Assembly: GCA_964019425.1 (NCBI GenBank)
Contig: OZ025801.1
Coordinates: 1,054,001-1,118,000, forward strand
From: Flectonema sp. DT1601
Taxonomy: Eukaryota
Reading direction: 5' to 3'
DNA length: 64,000 nucleotides
Shown here: positions 22,443 to 34,507 of the stretch, in pieces
Numbering within the stretch: the stretch's first letter is position 1
How the letters are laid out: every line of letters begins with the position of its first letter
Translations under genes and position numbers: made by a program
Notes under the pieces: model-generated
What the model was told of the DNA's origin: nothing
Databases searched by the model: none
The model's input: the letters and a program-made list of their open reading frames with translations, nothing else

Positions 22443-23120
22443 ATGGGAGTAGAAACAGAGATCAAACTAACTATCCGAGAACAAGATGTTGACATCTTAA
22501 CTGAAAAACTGATTAGAACAGGAACAGGAGCAATGGCCAGACGAGCAGTCCAAGAATCGTTTTTTTTCGACGGAGAATCAGGACAATTGAGCGCTGCAGG
22601 AATATCAGCGAGATTGCGAAAAGTAGTTCCACTGCAATACGGGGAAGGATGGTGGGAAGTTACACTGAAAGGAAAATCTATTAAATTATCCAGCGCTGTT
22701 TCCAGAGATGAATTCGAGCACCGAATTTCAACACCCATCGCACAACAGATAATTAATAATAACGGCAAAGGATTAGTAAAATATCTCCCAGAATGCTACA
22801 TAAAACAAACCTCTCTCACATTACTCGACGGTAAAGAGTTACAATACCGCGATGGGTTTGGAAACATTCGATGCACTGTAGGACCTGTGACTCTTAATGA
22901 GGTGAGTAATTTGTTTATCGAAATAGATAAGACGACATTCACGAATGGAACTAAATATTTATGTGATGCAGAACTTGAATGTGAAGTCAGCAACACAGAA
23001 GACATAGAAAGAGTACTTCCAACGTTGAAGAATCTTATCACAACAACATGCAACTATCAACCTAGATCTTCTGTTGGAAAACGTCGTCGGATGGCAAATT
23101 TTCGTTCATCCAAATTGTAA
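22443..23120 (+). CDS. CYTH / triphosphate tunnel metalloenzyme
   Basis: N-terminal ETEIKL (ExExK), FFDG, ARLR, TLKG, EFE, IEIDKT, ELECE. Confidence 0.85.
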   Translation: MGVETEIKLTIREQDVDILTEKLIRTGTGAMARRAVQESFFFDGESGQLSAAGISARLRKVVPLQYGEGWWEVTLKGKSIKLSSAVSRDEFEHRISTPIAQQIINNNGKGLVKYLPECYIKQTSLTLLDGKELQYRDGFGNIRCTVGPVTLNEVSNLFIEIDKTTFTNGTKYLCDAELECEVSNTEDIERVLPTLKNLITTTCNYQPRSSVGKRRRMANFRSSKL

Positions 23121-23223
23121 GTTTTTGTATCTCTTAAACAGGGCGAGGGATATTCACCTCAGGGTACCTTTATTTATTATTTTGTCTTACTTTTTTTTAT
23201 TTTATTCATACAGAGCTCCCGAC

Positions 23224-23889
23224 ATGCATAACATCATGTTAGAGAACAGAACTCACTGGATACCTGATTGCGATGCCAAGTCATGTGGTGCTTGTGAATC
23301 AGAGTTTACGTTGTGGAGAAGAAGACACCATTGCAGATCATGCGGTAGAGTATTTTGCAATGCTTGTTCAGCAGAAAAGAGATCATTATCACACCTTGGG
23401 TATGAAGAAGAAGTGAGGTGTTGTGGAGCATGTGCGAAGATTGAGGATAATAGAATAGAAAGTATTGGTTGTCATGATTACTATGAAAACATTGCGACAC
23501 CTGAAGAGGACACTCGATCACCAAACTCATCAACAAGTTATAACAGAGATAGCTCAACTGATTCAACAAATGACGATAGTACTGAAGATGATATTGAGAG
23601 TCAATCAGACTGTGAAGAACCAGAGAGAAGCAGATCGGTTCCGATCAGCTTTTCTCAGTCTGCTGATGATGAAAGTAACTCTCACTACAGCCATAGAATG
23701 TCAAACAGACGAAGTCGGAGAATGCAAATTACTCAGGCGGAGTGCGGTGTAACTGTTTGGTCAGTTTCTCTTTCTTCTCGAACACCAAAGAAGGAATGCT
23801 GCAGCTATTCTAAATATCCTCAACAACCTGCATCTAATACCTCTGATGCTGCTTCTTCTACGAAAAGAGTAACCTTTTCAGTTCCTTAG
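23224..23889 (+). CDS. FYVE zinc-finger protein
   Basis: WIPD...CGAC...FTLWRRRHHCRSCGRVFCNACS...RCCGAC, including the WxxD and RRHHCR PI3P-binding motifs. Confidence 0.92.
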   Translation: MHNIMLENRTHWIPDCDAKSCGACESEFTLWRRRHHCRSCGRVFCNACSAEKRSLSHLGYEEEVRCCGACAKIEDNRIESIGCHDYYENIATPEEDTRSPNSSTSYNRDSSTDSTNDDSTEDDIESQSDCEEPERSRSVPISFSQSADDESNSHYSHRMSNRRSRRMQITQAECGVTVWSVSLSSRTPKKECCSYSKYPQQPASNTSDAASSTKRVTFSVP

Positions 23890-26458
23890 AAAACACACAT
23901 TTCTAATTACTTCTCCAACTCCTACCAACTTCACTTTTTTCGATACGGTACTGTTTCAGTTAACAGAGGAAAGCTGTCAGCTTTTTTGTTTTAAAAATAG
24001 AAATCAAGGCAACTCTCTTAAAGTAGTGAGATTGGCTCAGTGATTCATGTAGCTGGTACGTCCAACACATTCGATGCAGCCTCAACTGAAAGGGATTGAC
24101 GAGTAGACTAGAAAAGCGCTCGCTGATTTCCTTTTTCAATGTAGTTCTTGTAGTCCTCGTATGTGAAGGAGGAAAAAAGAAAAAAAAAAAGACACACTGC
24201 TGTGGTCTTCCTCTGTTTGCTTAATGGTGCCTCTTTTTCATTATCTGTCTTTTTATTTTGTTCTTTACATTTAAATAAATTCTCATTCCCTTGTTACCAG
24301 TTGCTTCAACGCTTTTCAGGTATCCTCGCAAGATGGCATTGCTTGCTGATTGCACCAATTTTCAGTCAAGCTTTTTCTGCCTTGTTATTTTTGTTTTAAA
24401 TTTTTTTATTTGTTGTAAGCACAGACCCCATCATAGGTAAATTGGTTACGAGCTCCCTAACAAAACGCAAGGAACTTGTGTCTGGGCAAGTAGGAAGAAA
24501 AAAAAAAGAAGAAAATAATAAAAAAAAAAGTGCTCTTTTAGAAGAAAGAATGCGAAATAATAATATTTAAAAACGAGGGTTGAAAGAGAAAACCCTAATT
24601 TATCAAAACGAGATTACTAATATTTTTCTTTTCATTTTTTTTTTTTTTCACTGTCTTAAACTTTCCCTCCCAAAAGTTCGTGTCCCTTTTTTTTCTTTCC
24701 TTTTTGTGACTGTGAGTACGTACGTTGCCCGTTGTTAGGGTGAAGTTTCTCGATTGTCGTGGGACAATAACAAAAGCCTCTACTTGTCTTTTTTTTTTTT
24801 TTTTTGTAAGGAACTCAAAAAAAGCGAATGCAGTGACCCAGAGTTTCACTGCGACTGCTTGTTCTTTTTCAAGCATGAAAATTAAGAAATCAGTTGCATG
24901 TAATCGTTCTCAGACAGCGAGAATCTCTACAATGGCGCAATGGGAGAATGTGTTTTGGAGGAACGTTTATGTCTTTCATGTGTTTTTTTTTTTTTTGTTT
25001 TTTTTTTTTTTCTAAAAAAAAAAAAAAAAAAAATTTATCGGATCCATGCACTTCTTTTTATCTCTGTTGTCTGAACCATTTACAGACAATTGCACGCACG
25101 AAATCTTTTATTGCGTGTGGATTTTTGTTTATTAATTCATTCTATAATTCAGAATACAGTCAGAGTGAGTTTATATTTTCTTTCTTTTCGATCTTATCTT
25201 CGTGAGTCACTTGTTTGCTCCGAAGGTTAAATAGCAGCGAGGGGTTTGGTGCGTGTGAGCATAGCCGCCGCCCACCCTTTTTTTCGCTCTATTTTTTTTT
25301 TTTTTTTAAATCTTTTCCTTTGAAAGTTGATTTTTCAGCTTTTACTACTTCTTTTCATTGCATGGATCACACAAAAAATAATAAGAGCCATCCAGCGTTG
25401 AATCTGGTTCATCTATCGCTTTTGGTGGCTTTATAGTACAATAATATTATTCTGGCCTGTTTCTTTTTTCAGTTGGTGATTGTCACCACTTAAGTTTTTT
25501 TTAGATTTTTTATTTTTATTTTTTTTTTCAAAAGCTCTCTTGCGTATCCGGAAGCTTGTGCGTACCGCAGATCGAAACGTTTCGAGAACGAATTATAACA
25601 AAATAAAGAGAAAAAAAAAAAAAAGGTGCGGAATATTTTTATCCGGAATGAGGAAGCTTTTGTCTTAAAGATGAGAAAGCGTACTTAACGTTTGAGTGTT
25701 CTTTGTACCATTATTGCCTCGTCCACTCTTCTCCCCAATGTTCCTCTCCCCCAATTTGTATCTGTTCTAATCGCTAACGCTTTCATTTTTTAATTTTTGT
25801 TTCCCTTTTCAGTTTCACAGGATCTGCTTTAAGCAGATCGCTACTGTTGGATTAACAAACACTGTACTGATGGATATTGTTTCTGCCATCCCTTCTCGTA
25901 GTCATAAAAAGTAATTGGTGAGAAGCTCGCTGAATCTGTGTTTCAATTTCTCTGATAAACAAGCTGCAGAGCGCGAGAAAATTTGCTCGTGCTCGCGGTT
26001 CAGTTATAAGGGACGGAGGGGAAATTGGAACAAAAAAAAAAACAAGAGAAGGGATGTTTAAGAAATGGATATACTTTTCAAAGTACATGTTCTTCAGAAA
26101 ATAATAATAAATAAAGGTAGACGCGATATGCATTGATGTTTGCGTGCGCTCCCGATATTTCACGCACGCAAGCTGTTTTGTATTGTCGTCGAAAAAAAGA
26201 AAAAAAAAAAGTGTTGAGATCCTCGACCAAAATACCTATTTGAGTTGTGTACGAGTTGTTGCTGTGGTTGGTCGAAACTGAGTTGTGGAATCATCCATTT
26301 CCCATTTTATTTCTGTTGTTGTGTTCTCCAGTCTTTAATCTTCACTTTTTGTTTACTCAATTAGTTTAGTTCACGTGCATTATAATACTTCCTTAGTGCA
26401 TTTAAGTAAAAAAAAAAACTTTTTTTTCACCTTCGTTGTTGTGTCTTTTTTTTTAGTG

Positions 26459-26497
<39 letters not shown>

Positions 26498-29400
26498 CTA
26501 CGAAAAACATCATGCTCTATAAAAAAAAAGGAGACGAGAAACTTGAAAGTACGTTCTGACAATAAAGTTCTCGATGGGCTTTTTGCATTTGTTTCTAACA
26601 TCAGCAAAAGGTAACAACGAGTCATCAGATCAGATAGCTAGCACAGATGTGTCAGCAAAACGAGTGATTCCTTAACCAGTTTGCGAATTGTGTCGTGCAC
26701 GTGCTCTTCCTTCTGTCAACCACTCATCGGGAGTTAGCAAAGTTTTCTAATAATTCACAGAAATATCTGAGGAAAACTTGGAGAAAAAAAAGAAAGAAAA
26801 AAGAATGGCATTTGATAGCAGTTCAGTAAGGGTGGTATGACCAATTGTTGCACTGTTGCACACACCAAGTTCCGTAATTTTTCTTTTTTTTTGTTGCATT
26901 TTTTTTTACATCTGTTTATCGCCTTCTTTTTTGATTTTACTTTTTTTTTTTTGCAATTTACTTTCTGTAGATACAAAATATCTTCCGAATGGAAAAAACA
27001 TAGCAAAAAAAAAACTTTTGTGTGGAGACTCGTCGTGCAAATTTCTGACATGTACAATTTATAGGTACTGTTTTATTTTAAAATTTTCATTTTGCTTCCT
27101 CCACCCTTTTTTTTATTGTTCATTCCGAGCGTGTGTTGTGGCAGGTATTGGTTATTAATCAATACTTGTCAATGTTTTAACAAAAAAAAGTACAGTGACG
27201 ACTATTCCCTGTTTGTATTTTTTTTTTTTTTTTAAAAAAAAACTTTTTTATTTTTGTTACATTCTAACTTTATATCTTAAAACTCTTCCCATAGTAGTTG
27301 CTGATCGTTTGATGAAGACAGACCCCATCAATTATATTTCTTTTTTCTTTCCTGCTTGACATACTACAAAAGATCACCTGCTCCCAGTTCTAATTTTTGT
27401 CAAATAATAAATTAGACTTTCCGCATAACAGTCGCATTGTTGCATAAGACAAAAAGAGGAAGGCTGATTTACTTCAGACGTGAGGCTCTTTCCTTTTTTT
27501 TTCTCAGTTTTTTTTTTTTAACAAAACGAGAAATGAAATGCCCACCAGTGGTATTACGTGGTAACTCGTTAATCTCAAACCTTCCTTATTATTATCATAT
27601 CGTGATTTCTGACAGCAGAGAAGACCCTCATACCGCCCGGTCTTCTTTGCAGAGGAATCTTTAAAAAACAAAAACACTGCCTCCATTTCAGCAAGTGTTT
27701 TTGGCGTGTTTATGCATGTGGCGTCGTTATTGTTCTTTTTCGCTGAAAGATATAGCAGAGGATCATCTGTGATACTCAGTGGCTGACTTCACACATCTTG
27801 AGTGCGTAACTTGCCGAGTGTATGTCAACTTGTATTCCGATTCTGTCCTTTATTTATGTATTGTTTTTTTATCGTGCCGATCGCTTTAGCCCGTGGGAGA
27901 GTCCACGCAGTAGCCTTCAGCTCTTTGCTATGAGAAAAGCATCAACTCTGTTTGATGCTTGGAGTGTTTTGCATGTGGCGTAATAACAATGTTCTTTTTT
28001 TTTTTCTTTTCCCCATTAAAATACATTTCCGAATCCCTAATTTTTAACTTTTTAACTTTACGAAATACCAAACAAAATAGCTCCCGCAATCTTAGGGTTC
28101 CTTGTCATTTTCCCTGTTGTACATTGCGAAACCAATCTGTATTAAAAAAAAAACAGTATTTGCAGATCTTTTGGTAGCGATTCCTGCAATCAGCAATGCT
28201 GTCTATTATTAAGTCAGTCATAAATACTCTGCTGGTTATTATTTATTCTTCTTTTTCTGTCTTCATCTTCTTTTAATCTTCCAGCCGTACAATTGCAGCG
28301 GTTGTTGTAACTAATTCTACCCCCAATCCCCTTTATACACCAGGCACGCCTTTAATTTTTTTTTTTTTTTTTTGTTTCTAGATTATGCTTTTCTTTTTTT
28401 TTTTTTCAATCAGTCGACAAAACGGAACGTGTAGCGAAGGTTATGACAATCACGTCACTGCTGTCTTGCACAAGTACACTTACTTGCTCAGAGCCCAGTT
28501 CCGTAATGTGGTTGAGTAGCTTAAGTCATGCTTCAGTCATTATCATTTTTTGTAAAGGACTTTAGTTAGACTCTGCCGAGTGCTCGGCTTGTCTTCTATT
28601 CTGTACACCCTGGTCTGTGCTTACAGTTTTTCTTCATAGTTTCGGTATTTTATTAAAGGCTGGTGCAAATTTTTCTTCGTTTCTCGGCTTGATGCATAAG
28701 CCGTTGTATTCTTTCCTTTAGTCACTGACCTTGCATGCAAAGTCGGACTGGTTTTTTTGGTTGCTCCTTTTTCCTGTTGTAGTGAATTGTAGGTCCGTTC
28801 CTTCATTTTGTCATTACCTGTTTTCTTATGGCATTCTGGACAACGAAAGAAAAAAAGAAATAAAGAAAGAAAGAAAAATAAATTTTTCGTCAGTGAAAAA
28901 GAATACAAGCTACCCTTTTTTTTTTTTGTCTTTATAGTCATAGCAGAAACTGCTAACCCTTTTTTTTTTTTTTCTTTTGATCATATTTGCTTTCACACCC
29001 CACCAGGTGTGGTGAGCAAAAACTCGAGTTCTGTTTTGGGACTATTACAGCGAGCTGAGTAAAAAAAACATTGTTTTAAATCAAGCAGTAGTACTCTTTT
29101 TTTTTTCTTCTTTTATTTTTCTTCTTATGAGAAGTTTTAGTTCATGCTGACCGATTACCCTACTAGTTAATAGCGCTCTAAAGCAGCAAAATCAATTTCT
29201 GTAAAAGAAATAATTTTTCCATGTTCTACTTCCTTCATTTTCTTTCCCTCAGAAAACGTGCGGCTGAGGCCCGGAAGACTTGTCAACTTCAGCAGAAGTT
29301 GAAGACTTCGGTTTTCGTCTTGTTCTCTTTCAGAAAGGTCGAAATCCAGTGTTTAACCCATAACAATTAGGCACACTGTTGTTCCTGTTTTCCCTTCACT

Positions 29401-30980
29401 TTTATTTTTTTTTCCTGCGAGCCATAACAACATAAAACGTTAAGGTAAGTCCATCTTACCCCTAGCCTTACATTTTTTTTAAGGAAACATCTCGGTACAT
29501 CCTTCGTGGGAAGATAAAACGTTATGTGGCAGAGCACATACATTTTCTCGTGATTCAAAGAAAAAGCCTTCAAGCAACGGCTGTTTGAATAACAAAACGT
29601 GATGCAGGCAAGTGCTTTGCTTTACAGTTTCTCACCAAAAATTCACTAAAAAACTTTCCTAGAACGCAATAGTGAGATTTATGAAGCAACTCTGACAATT
29701 TTCATTTTTTTTTTTTTTTTTTTTTTTGCAACGAAAAACTAAACTCATTACGCATCACACTACCTCACTACCTTGCTGTGTGGCGTACAATTTAAAACGT
29801 TACCATCTACTCTGTCAAGCATGCTGGACACGCCTGACATTCAATTATTTTGTCACATAGCTATTCTGTTAATAAAAAAACGTAACTAAGTAGGAAGACG
29901 TCAGGTCTGACATATTTCGCGAACTGACTAACTACGACCCTCTGTCATATATTATCCGCTCCACTTTAAAACGTTAACCTCCAAAAGATGCAACAAAATC
30001 GGCAACGACTTGTATTTTCTTGCCTGTGTACATGCTTATTATTCTTAGCCGATAAGAGGGAAAGAAAGAGAAGGGAAAAAAAAACGTTGCGTTACGGTGA
30101 AAATCGGAAACGTTGCACTCGATTCAGAGTCATCCAAAAAAGAGAGAACCCAAAGGGTAAAACGAAAAAAAAGAAGCGATGAGCCCTTCATTAGAGAATC
30201 GCATGCAGCGATACTGGCTATTCCACCTTGTGTTATTGTGAGTTGACGCATTGTCTGCGTCTCGGTTGTGCAACTTGGGTGCGTAGCATGAGTTTAGAAA
30301 CTCTAATTCCCCCACATGCGAGATCAATTTTCACAAAACGTACTAAAATGCAGGAAAGCATTCTTTTCGAGGTGCCCATGAGCCCCAATGAGTCCAATGG
30401 ATCCTGCAACAGCCGTTTGTTCTTGGCCCAGGTTCCTCCCTCTTTCTCTCTCTTTTCTCTCTGCTTTTTTATTTTTCTCCAGTCCACTCCCATCTTATCC
30501 ACTTGCATGCAACGTGTAGAACATGTGGAAACAATCAGCAGATTATTCTATCTTCAGCTTTTTGAATAGAGACTTTCTACTTTGAATTGTATATTCATGT
30601 TCTTCGTTGAAGAGCAAACCGTTTTCCCTTTGCTTTCTGTTCGTGATACAGTTGAATGTCTAAAAGTACCTGGCAAACAGAAAAATCTGGAAAAGAATGA
30701 AACCTCCATCCATGAGCTCAGTCATTATTTTTTTTGTTCAGAAGACATTATTGGCAGTGTGGCTGTCTTGTATCATTGAAGTATTTATAACTTTTGTTTA
30801 GTCTTTCAGAGGATGGCTTACTGCAATTCTCTTAATATTGCATGTATGAAGGGAGCCATGAGGCATTAAACAGATGTCTTTCTTTTCTTGCTTTCTGCAA
30901 TGCTGTAAATGGAAAAGCTGGTGGCGCAGTTTTTCTTTGAGCATTGAAGGATTTGTTTCTCCTTTTGTTTGTGAGTGAAG

Positions 30981-30987
30981 AAAAAAA
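30981..30987 (-). terminator. RNA polymerase III terminator (T7) of the tRNA
   Basis: A T7 run begins 1 nt after the tRNA 3' end on the - strand. Confidence 0.8.
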
Positions 30988-30988
30988 T

Positions 30989-31060
30989 CAACCGTGGCAG
31001 GACTCGAACCTGCAACCGCCTGATCCGTAGTCAGGCGCTCTTCCATTGAGCCACACGGTC
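30989..31060 (-). tRNA. trnR-ACG: tRNA-Arg(ACG)
   Basis: The reverse complement GACCGTGTGGCTCAATGGAAGAGCGCCTGACTACGGATCAGGCGGTTGCAGGTTCGAGTCCTGCCACGGTTG folds as a cloverleaf. Anticodon arm is CCTGA-CTACGGA-TCAGG and the T loop has GTTCGAG. Confidence 0.96.
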
Positions 31061-31225
31061 ACTGAAAGATAGCTTTTTTTTCAATTCTTCCGGGATCCAT
31101 TATTTCGGCTGATGTCAGTTTTCTAACCAATTCCTTTTCTTCTCACCAGTGCACAAATGGAAGGTGCAGAAAACATCGTAGCAACCGTTTTAAGTGTTAA
31201 TTTCTTCAGATACTAAACAAGCAAC

Positions 31226-32701
31226 ATGGGTGTATCTCAAAGTAGAGGGTCAGGTCCTATGACTGCGCAGGCTCTGCAGAAGGCATTCAATGTGACGGAA
31301 TGTCGTGAAGTTTACAGCAGTCGAGACTTCTCCCCGGAAGCGCTCTGCTGTTATAGCATTTTTGATGATGACAGAGAGAAGTCGCAGGCGATGTTAAAGA
31401 TGTTGAGAAAGGCAAAGAAGCTCACACCTGAGCAGTGTGTAATGAATAAATCCTTTGGGTGCTTCATTGGAATGGTAATTGGTGATGCCGCGGGAGCTCC
31501 GCTCGAATTTAGCTCTGTACGATACGGTGTAAACGAATCTGAGGGTTTGGATCATACTGAAATTTGGTTTCAGCCGGAGTACAACTCTTTTAGGCTGCAA
31601 CCTGGGCAGTGGACTGACGATGCTTCGATGGGACTTTGCTTGGCTGACTCGCTTCTTGTTACTAAAGATGAATTTGATCCGTTGAATCTTCGAATGAGAT
31701 TCTTAATGTGGCACGCGATGGGATATTGTAATGCTTTTGGTCTTGACTCTGGAAGATGGGACAAGACGTCCGTAGGTCTTGGAGGAAACATCGGAGAATC
31801 ACTCAGGGACTTCATCGAAAACGGAGAAAAATTTACCACTTCAGGCGACCTCGAAACATCTGGTAACGGTTCTGTAATGAGAAACGGCGCCATTCCAGCT
31901 TACTACCGCAATGATATTGAAGCAGGTATGCAGGCTGCTTACCAACAATCAAAAACAACTCACATGGGAGAGGAAGCGGCTGAATTGTGTCGCTTAATTT
32001 CTTTCATTTGTATTAAATTCATTAACGGAAGTTCTAAAGATCTTTTGGACGACATCTCTGGAGCTGGCTTCTCATCTAAACTGTATTCTATTGAGTGTCT
32101 TGTAAATGGAGAAAGAGAGAAGTCACACGAATCAAACAAGCACTTGGAACTTAGAGATAGAATGTGGGAGTGGAAATCTGATAAACATATTTACTGTGTT
32201 TCACGTGCAAAGAAGCAACCTGGATACATCGGAAGTTATGCTATGGATAACGTGTGTATGTCATTGCATTGTGTTTACACGACTTCATCATTTACTGAAG
32301 CTGTTATGAAGGCTGCTAATATGAGAGGTGATGCCGACTCTGTCGCAGCAGTTGTTGGACAGCTTGCAGGATCACTTTATGGTGTGAATGCTATCCCAGA
32401 GAGTTGGATTAATAAGATTCAGCAATGGGATAACCTCAACGTTGTTCATAGAGCCTTTCATCTTTACGAGCATTCTCATATTACAAGTGAGTTTTCTGAA
32501 CAGGCTATCGCAAGTGCCGTTAGCGGACCAGTAAAATACGTTAAACCTGTACGATGTGAAGATGATGATGGAAACACGTCCTACTCAGAGGTTTATGATT
32601 GTGAAGAGGTTTCTGGTTTTGAAAAATGTCATTCTATGGAAACACAACAGTCAGATGACATGATGATTAAGCCTGTTGACACTACAAGTAGAAAAGCCTA
32701 A
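31226..32701 (+). CDS. ADP-ribosylglycohydrolase (ARH/DraG family), probably N-myristoylated
   Basis: GDAAGAPLEF, GQWTDDASM, SGNGSVMR, SKTTH and GDADSVAAVVGQLAG. The N-terminus MGVSQS fits MGxxxS. Confidence 0.92.
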   Translation: MGVSQSRGSGPMTAQALQKAFNVTECREVYSSRDFSPEALCCYSIFDDDREKSQAMLKMLRKAKKLTPEQCVMNKSFGCFIGMVIGDAAGAPLEFSSVRYGVNESEGLDHTEIWFQPEYNSFRLQPGQWTDDASMGLCLADSLLVTKDEFDPLNLRMRFLMWHAMGYCNAFGLDSGRWDKTSVGLGGNIGESLRDFIENGEKFTTSGDLETSGNGSVMRNGAIPAYYRNDIEAGMQAAYQQSKTTHMGEEAAELCRLISFICIKFINGSSKDLLDDISGAGFSSKLYSIECLVNGEREKSHESNKHLELRDRMWEWKSDKHIYCVSRAKKQPGYIGSYAMDNVCMSLHCVYTTSSFTEAVMKAANMRGDADSVAAVVGQLAGSLYGVNAIPESWINKIQQWDNLNVVHRAFHLYEHSHITSEFSEQAIASAVSGPVKYVKPVRCEDDDGNTSYSEVYDCEEVSGFEKCHSMETQQSDDMMIKPVDTTSRKA

Positions 32702-33208
32702 ATTACTAATTGTACTTTATTATTAATACCCGAAGGGAGTATGTATGAGTTTGTTGAAGCTGCGCCTCGCCAACACTAGCCCATGAAGCGCGTAGCCTTC
32801 GAACTCTTGACGTAGCATATTATCCGTCAACAAGTTAAATATAATCTAAATGATTACTGGCAGAAATGATTTGAAATGGGAGAGGGGAAAAATAATAATA
32901 ATATAATAAAAAACAAAAATGCAAATAAGAATCTTGCTGACTAGCACAACAAAAAAAACGACTTGTCAAAAAAAAAAAGAGAAAAAAAAAAGCTTCCTCT
33001 CATGAAGCCATAAATCTAGCCTTTCGCTTCTCACAACTTTTATTACTCTATCTTTTTACCGCTGTTGACCTTGGTATATACTTTTGATGTGAGTAGTTGT
33101 GTTGTAATCTTAATTTAATCATTTCACAGCGGATGATGTCCAAGCTTGTTTACGTATTGAAGGGTAATTATTAATTACTTTATGTAATTGGTTTACAGAT
33201 TTTATAAC

Positions 33209-34507
33209 ATGAAGCAATCAGTTATCTTGTTATGCACAGCACTTTTAACTGCTGTTCAGGGAAGAGGGATAAGTGAGAGGAGGGTTCCTGTTTTTAGGGA
33301 TATTCCTCTAACGAGGGTTAATGGTGAGCCATCCCGTTCGCAACGAGTTCCTACTTTGAAAGTTTTTAGACTCGAGAGATCAGTAGCTTCATCATCATGC
33401 TGCAGGCCAAAGATTCCTCAGTGTTGTACTTTGGGAACAGGAAATCTTTGGATTGCGAACTCTGGTGATTTGGCAACACAACCTGATGTCTTTAATGAAA
33501 AGTGTTTGAATTCGCTTGATTTTGGTATTGCGCCGTCACTGACTGCAGGACAACCGTTTTGTCATTCAATTGATCTGCCTGGAGCAGCCGTTATCACTTC
33601 AGCAGCTCTTCATATTAAATTAATTAGTAGCCCCCCGTGTGGTATTATTTCTGACAGGTTTTGTTTAATTACTGGAGATAATAATGAATGGTGTACCTTA
33701 TTACAGCCGGGTGATAATACTTTTTGTTTAAACTTAGAAGATTTAGGTTTGTTGTCAGCTGGAATGTCACCACTTTTAATTAGAGCTGCTCATCACACTG
33801 CAGTAGATTCAATGCGGTTCGAAGTGAATATGTGTCTGCCGCCATCACCTTCTATTCCAGTACCTGCAGTTGAACACGACTTTACTAATAATCTTAATTC
33901 GAATACGGGTTCTCCAGCATTCTCATGGGTTGGTTCTTCTGCTTACTTTGTTGGTGGTCCTGAGGGAACGTCTGCAAAGTTTGAATCATCAGCATCGTAC
34001 CTCGCTGCTCCAAATGACATTTCCCAACAAGGTGGTCACGCTATGTCGATGGCTCTTTGGATTTACTTTGATTCTGAGGTAAATCTTGCTTACCAAGGTC
34101 TTCCAATTATCACAAAGTATGGTTCTTACAGATGGATGTTCAACCCAGGTCAGCATTGGACATACAACCACGTTCATCTAGGACCTGGTTTTGGAGATTT
34201 AGTCCACGCGAATCCTGCTTTTGTTGGACCTGATAACACGATTCCAATCAAGAAATGGATCTGTATGGCTGTTACTATTAAGGTTGATACTATCGCTGGA
34301 TCAACTACACTTCACTACTATCAGAATGGACAGCTTTGGGCACCTCCTACTGTACGCAATGTTGTGTATAATATGGATGGGACTTCTGACTTGTTTATTA
34401 ACACAGATACTGGTGGTTATTGGCCAGGTAAAATAGACAAGTACAGCATGTGGAAGCAAGTCTTAACAGCACAGGATGTCAGTGAGTGGTGTAGCTGCCC
34501 TCCTTGA
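33209..34507 (+). CDS. Secreted protein with a C-terminal LamG/concanavalin-A-like (pentraxin-type) domain
   Basis: Signal peptide MKQSVILLCTALLTAVQG. SMALWI...KWICMAVT...YQNG...GKIDKYSMWKQVLT fits the LamG_3 pattern. Confidence 0.75.
   Translation: MKQSVILLCTALLTAVQGRGISERRVPVFRDIPLTRVNGEPSRSQRVPTLKVFRLERSVASSSCCRPKIPQCCTLGTGNLWIANSGDLATQPDVFNEKCLNSLDFGIAPSLTAGQPFCHSIDLPGAAVITSAALHIKLISSPPCGIISDRFCLITGDNNEWCTLLQPGDNTFCLNLEDLGLLSAGMSPLLIRAAHHTAVDSMRFEVNMCLPPSPSIPVPAVEHDFTNNLNSNTGSPAFSWVGSSAYFVGGPEGTSAKFESSASYLAAPNDISQQGGHAMSMALWIYFDSEVNLAYQGLPIITKYGSYRWMFNPGQHWTYNHVHLGPGFGDLVHANPAFVGPDNTIPIKKWICMAVTIKVDTIAGSTTLHYYQNGQLWAPPTVRNVVYNMDGTSDLFINTDTGGYWPGKIDKYSMWKQVLTAQDVSEWCSCPP

Noticed and set aside
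25572..25585. Perfect 14-bp palindrome TCGAAACGTTTCGA
   Set aside because: Single occurrence, and plausible by chance in 64 kb.
29261..29345. Hammerhead-ribozyme-like CTGA...GAAA
   Set aside because: The core reads CTGAGGC rather than CUGANGA, and the required stems are absent.
31061..31225. snRNA or 7SL gene divergent from the tRNA, as in trypanosomatids
   Set aside because: No recognisable snRNA or 7SL sequence, and the next CDS starts soon after.
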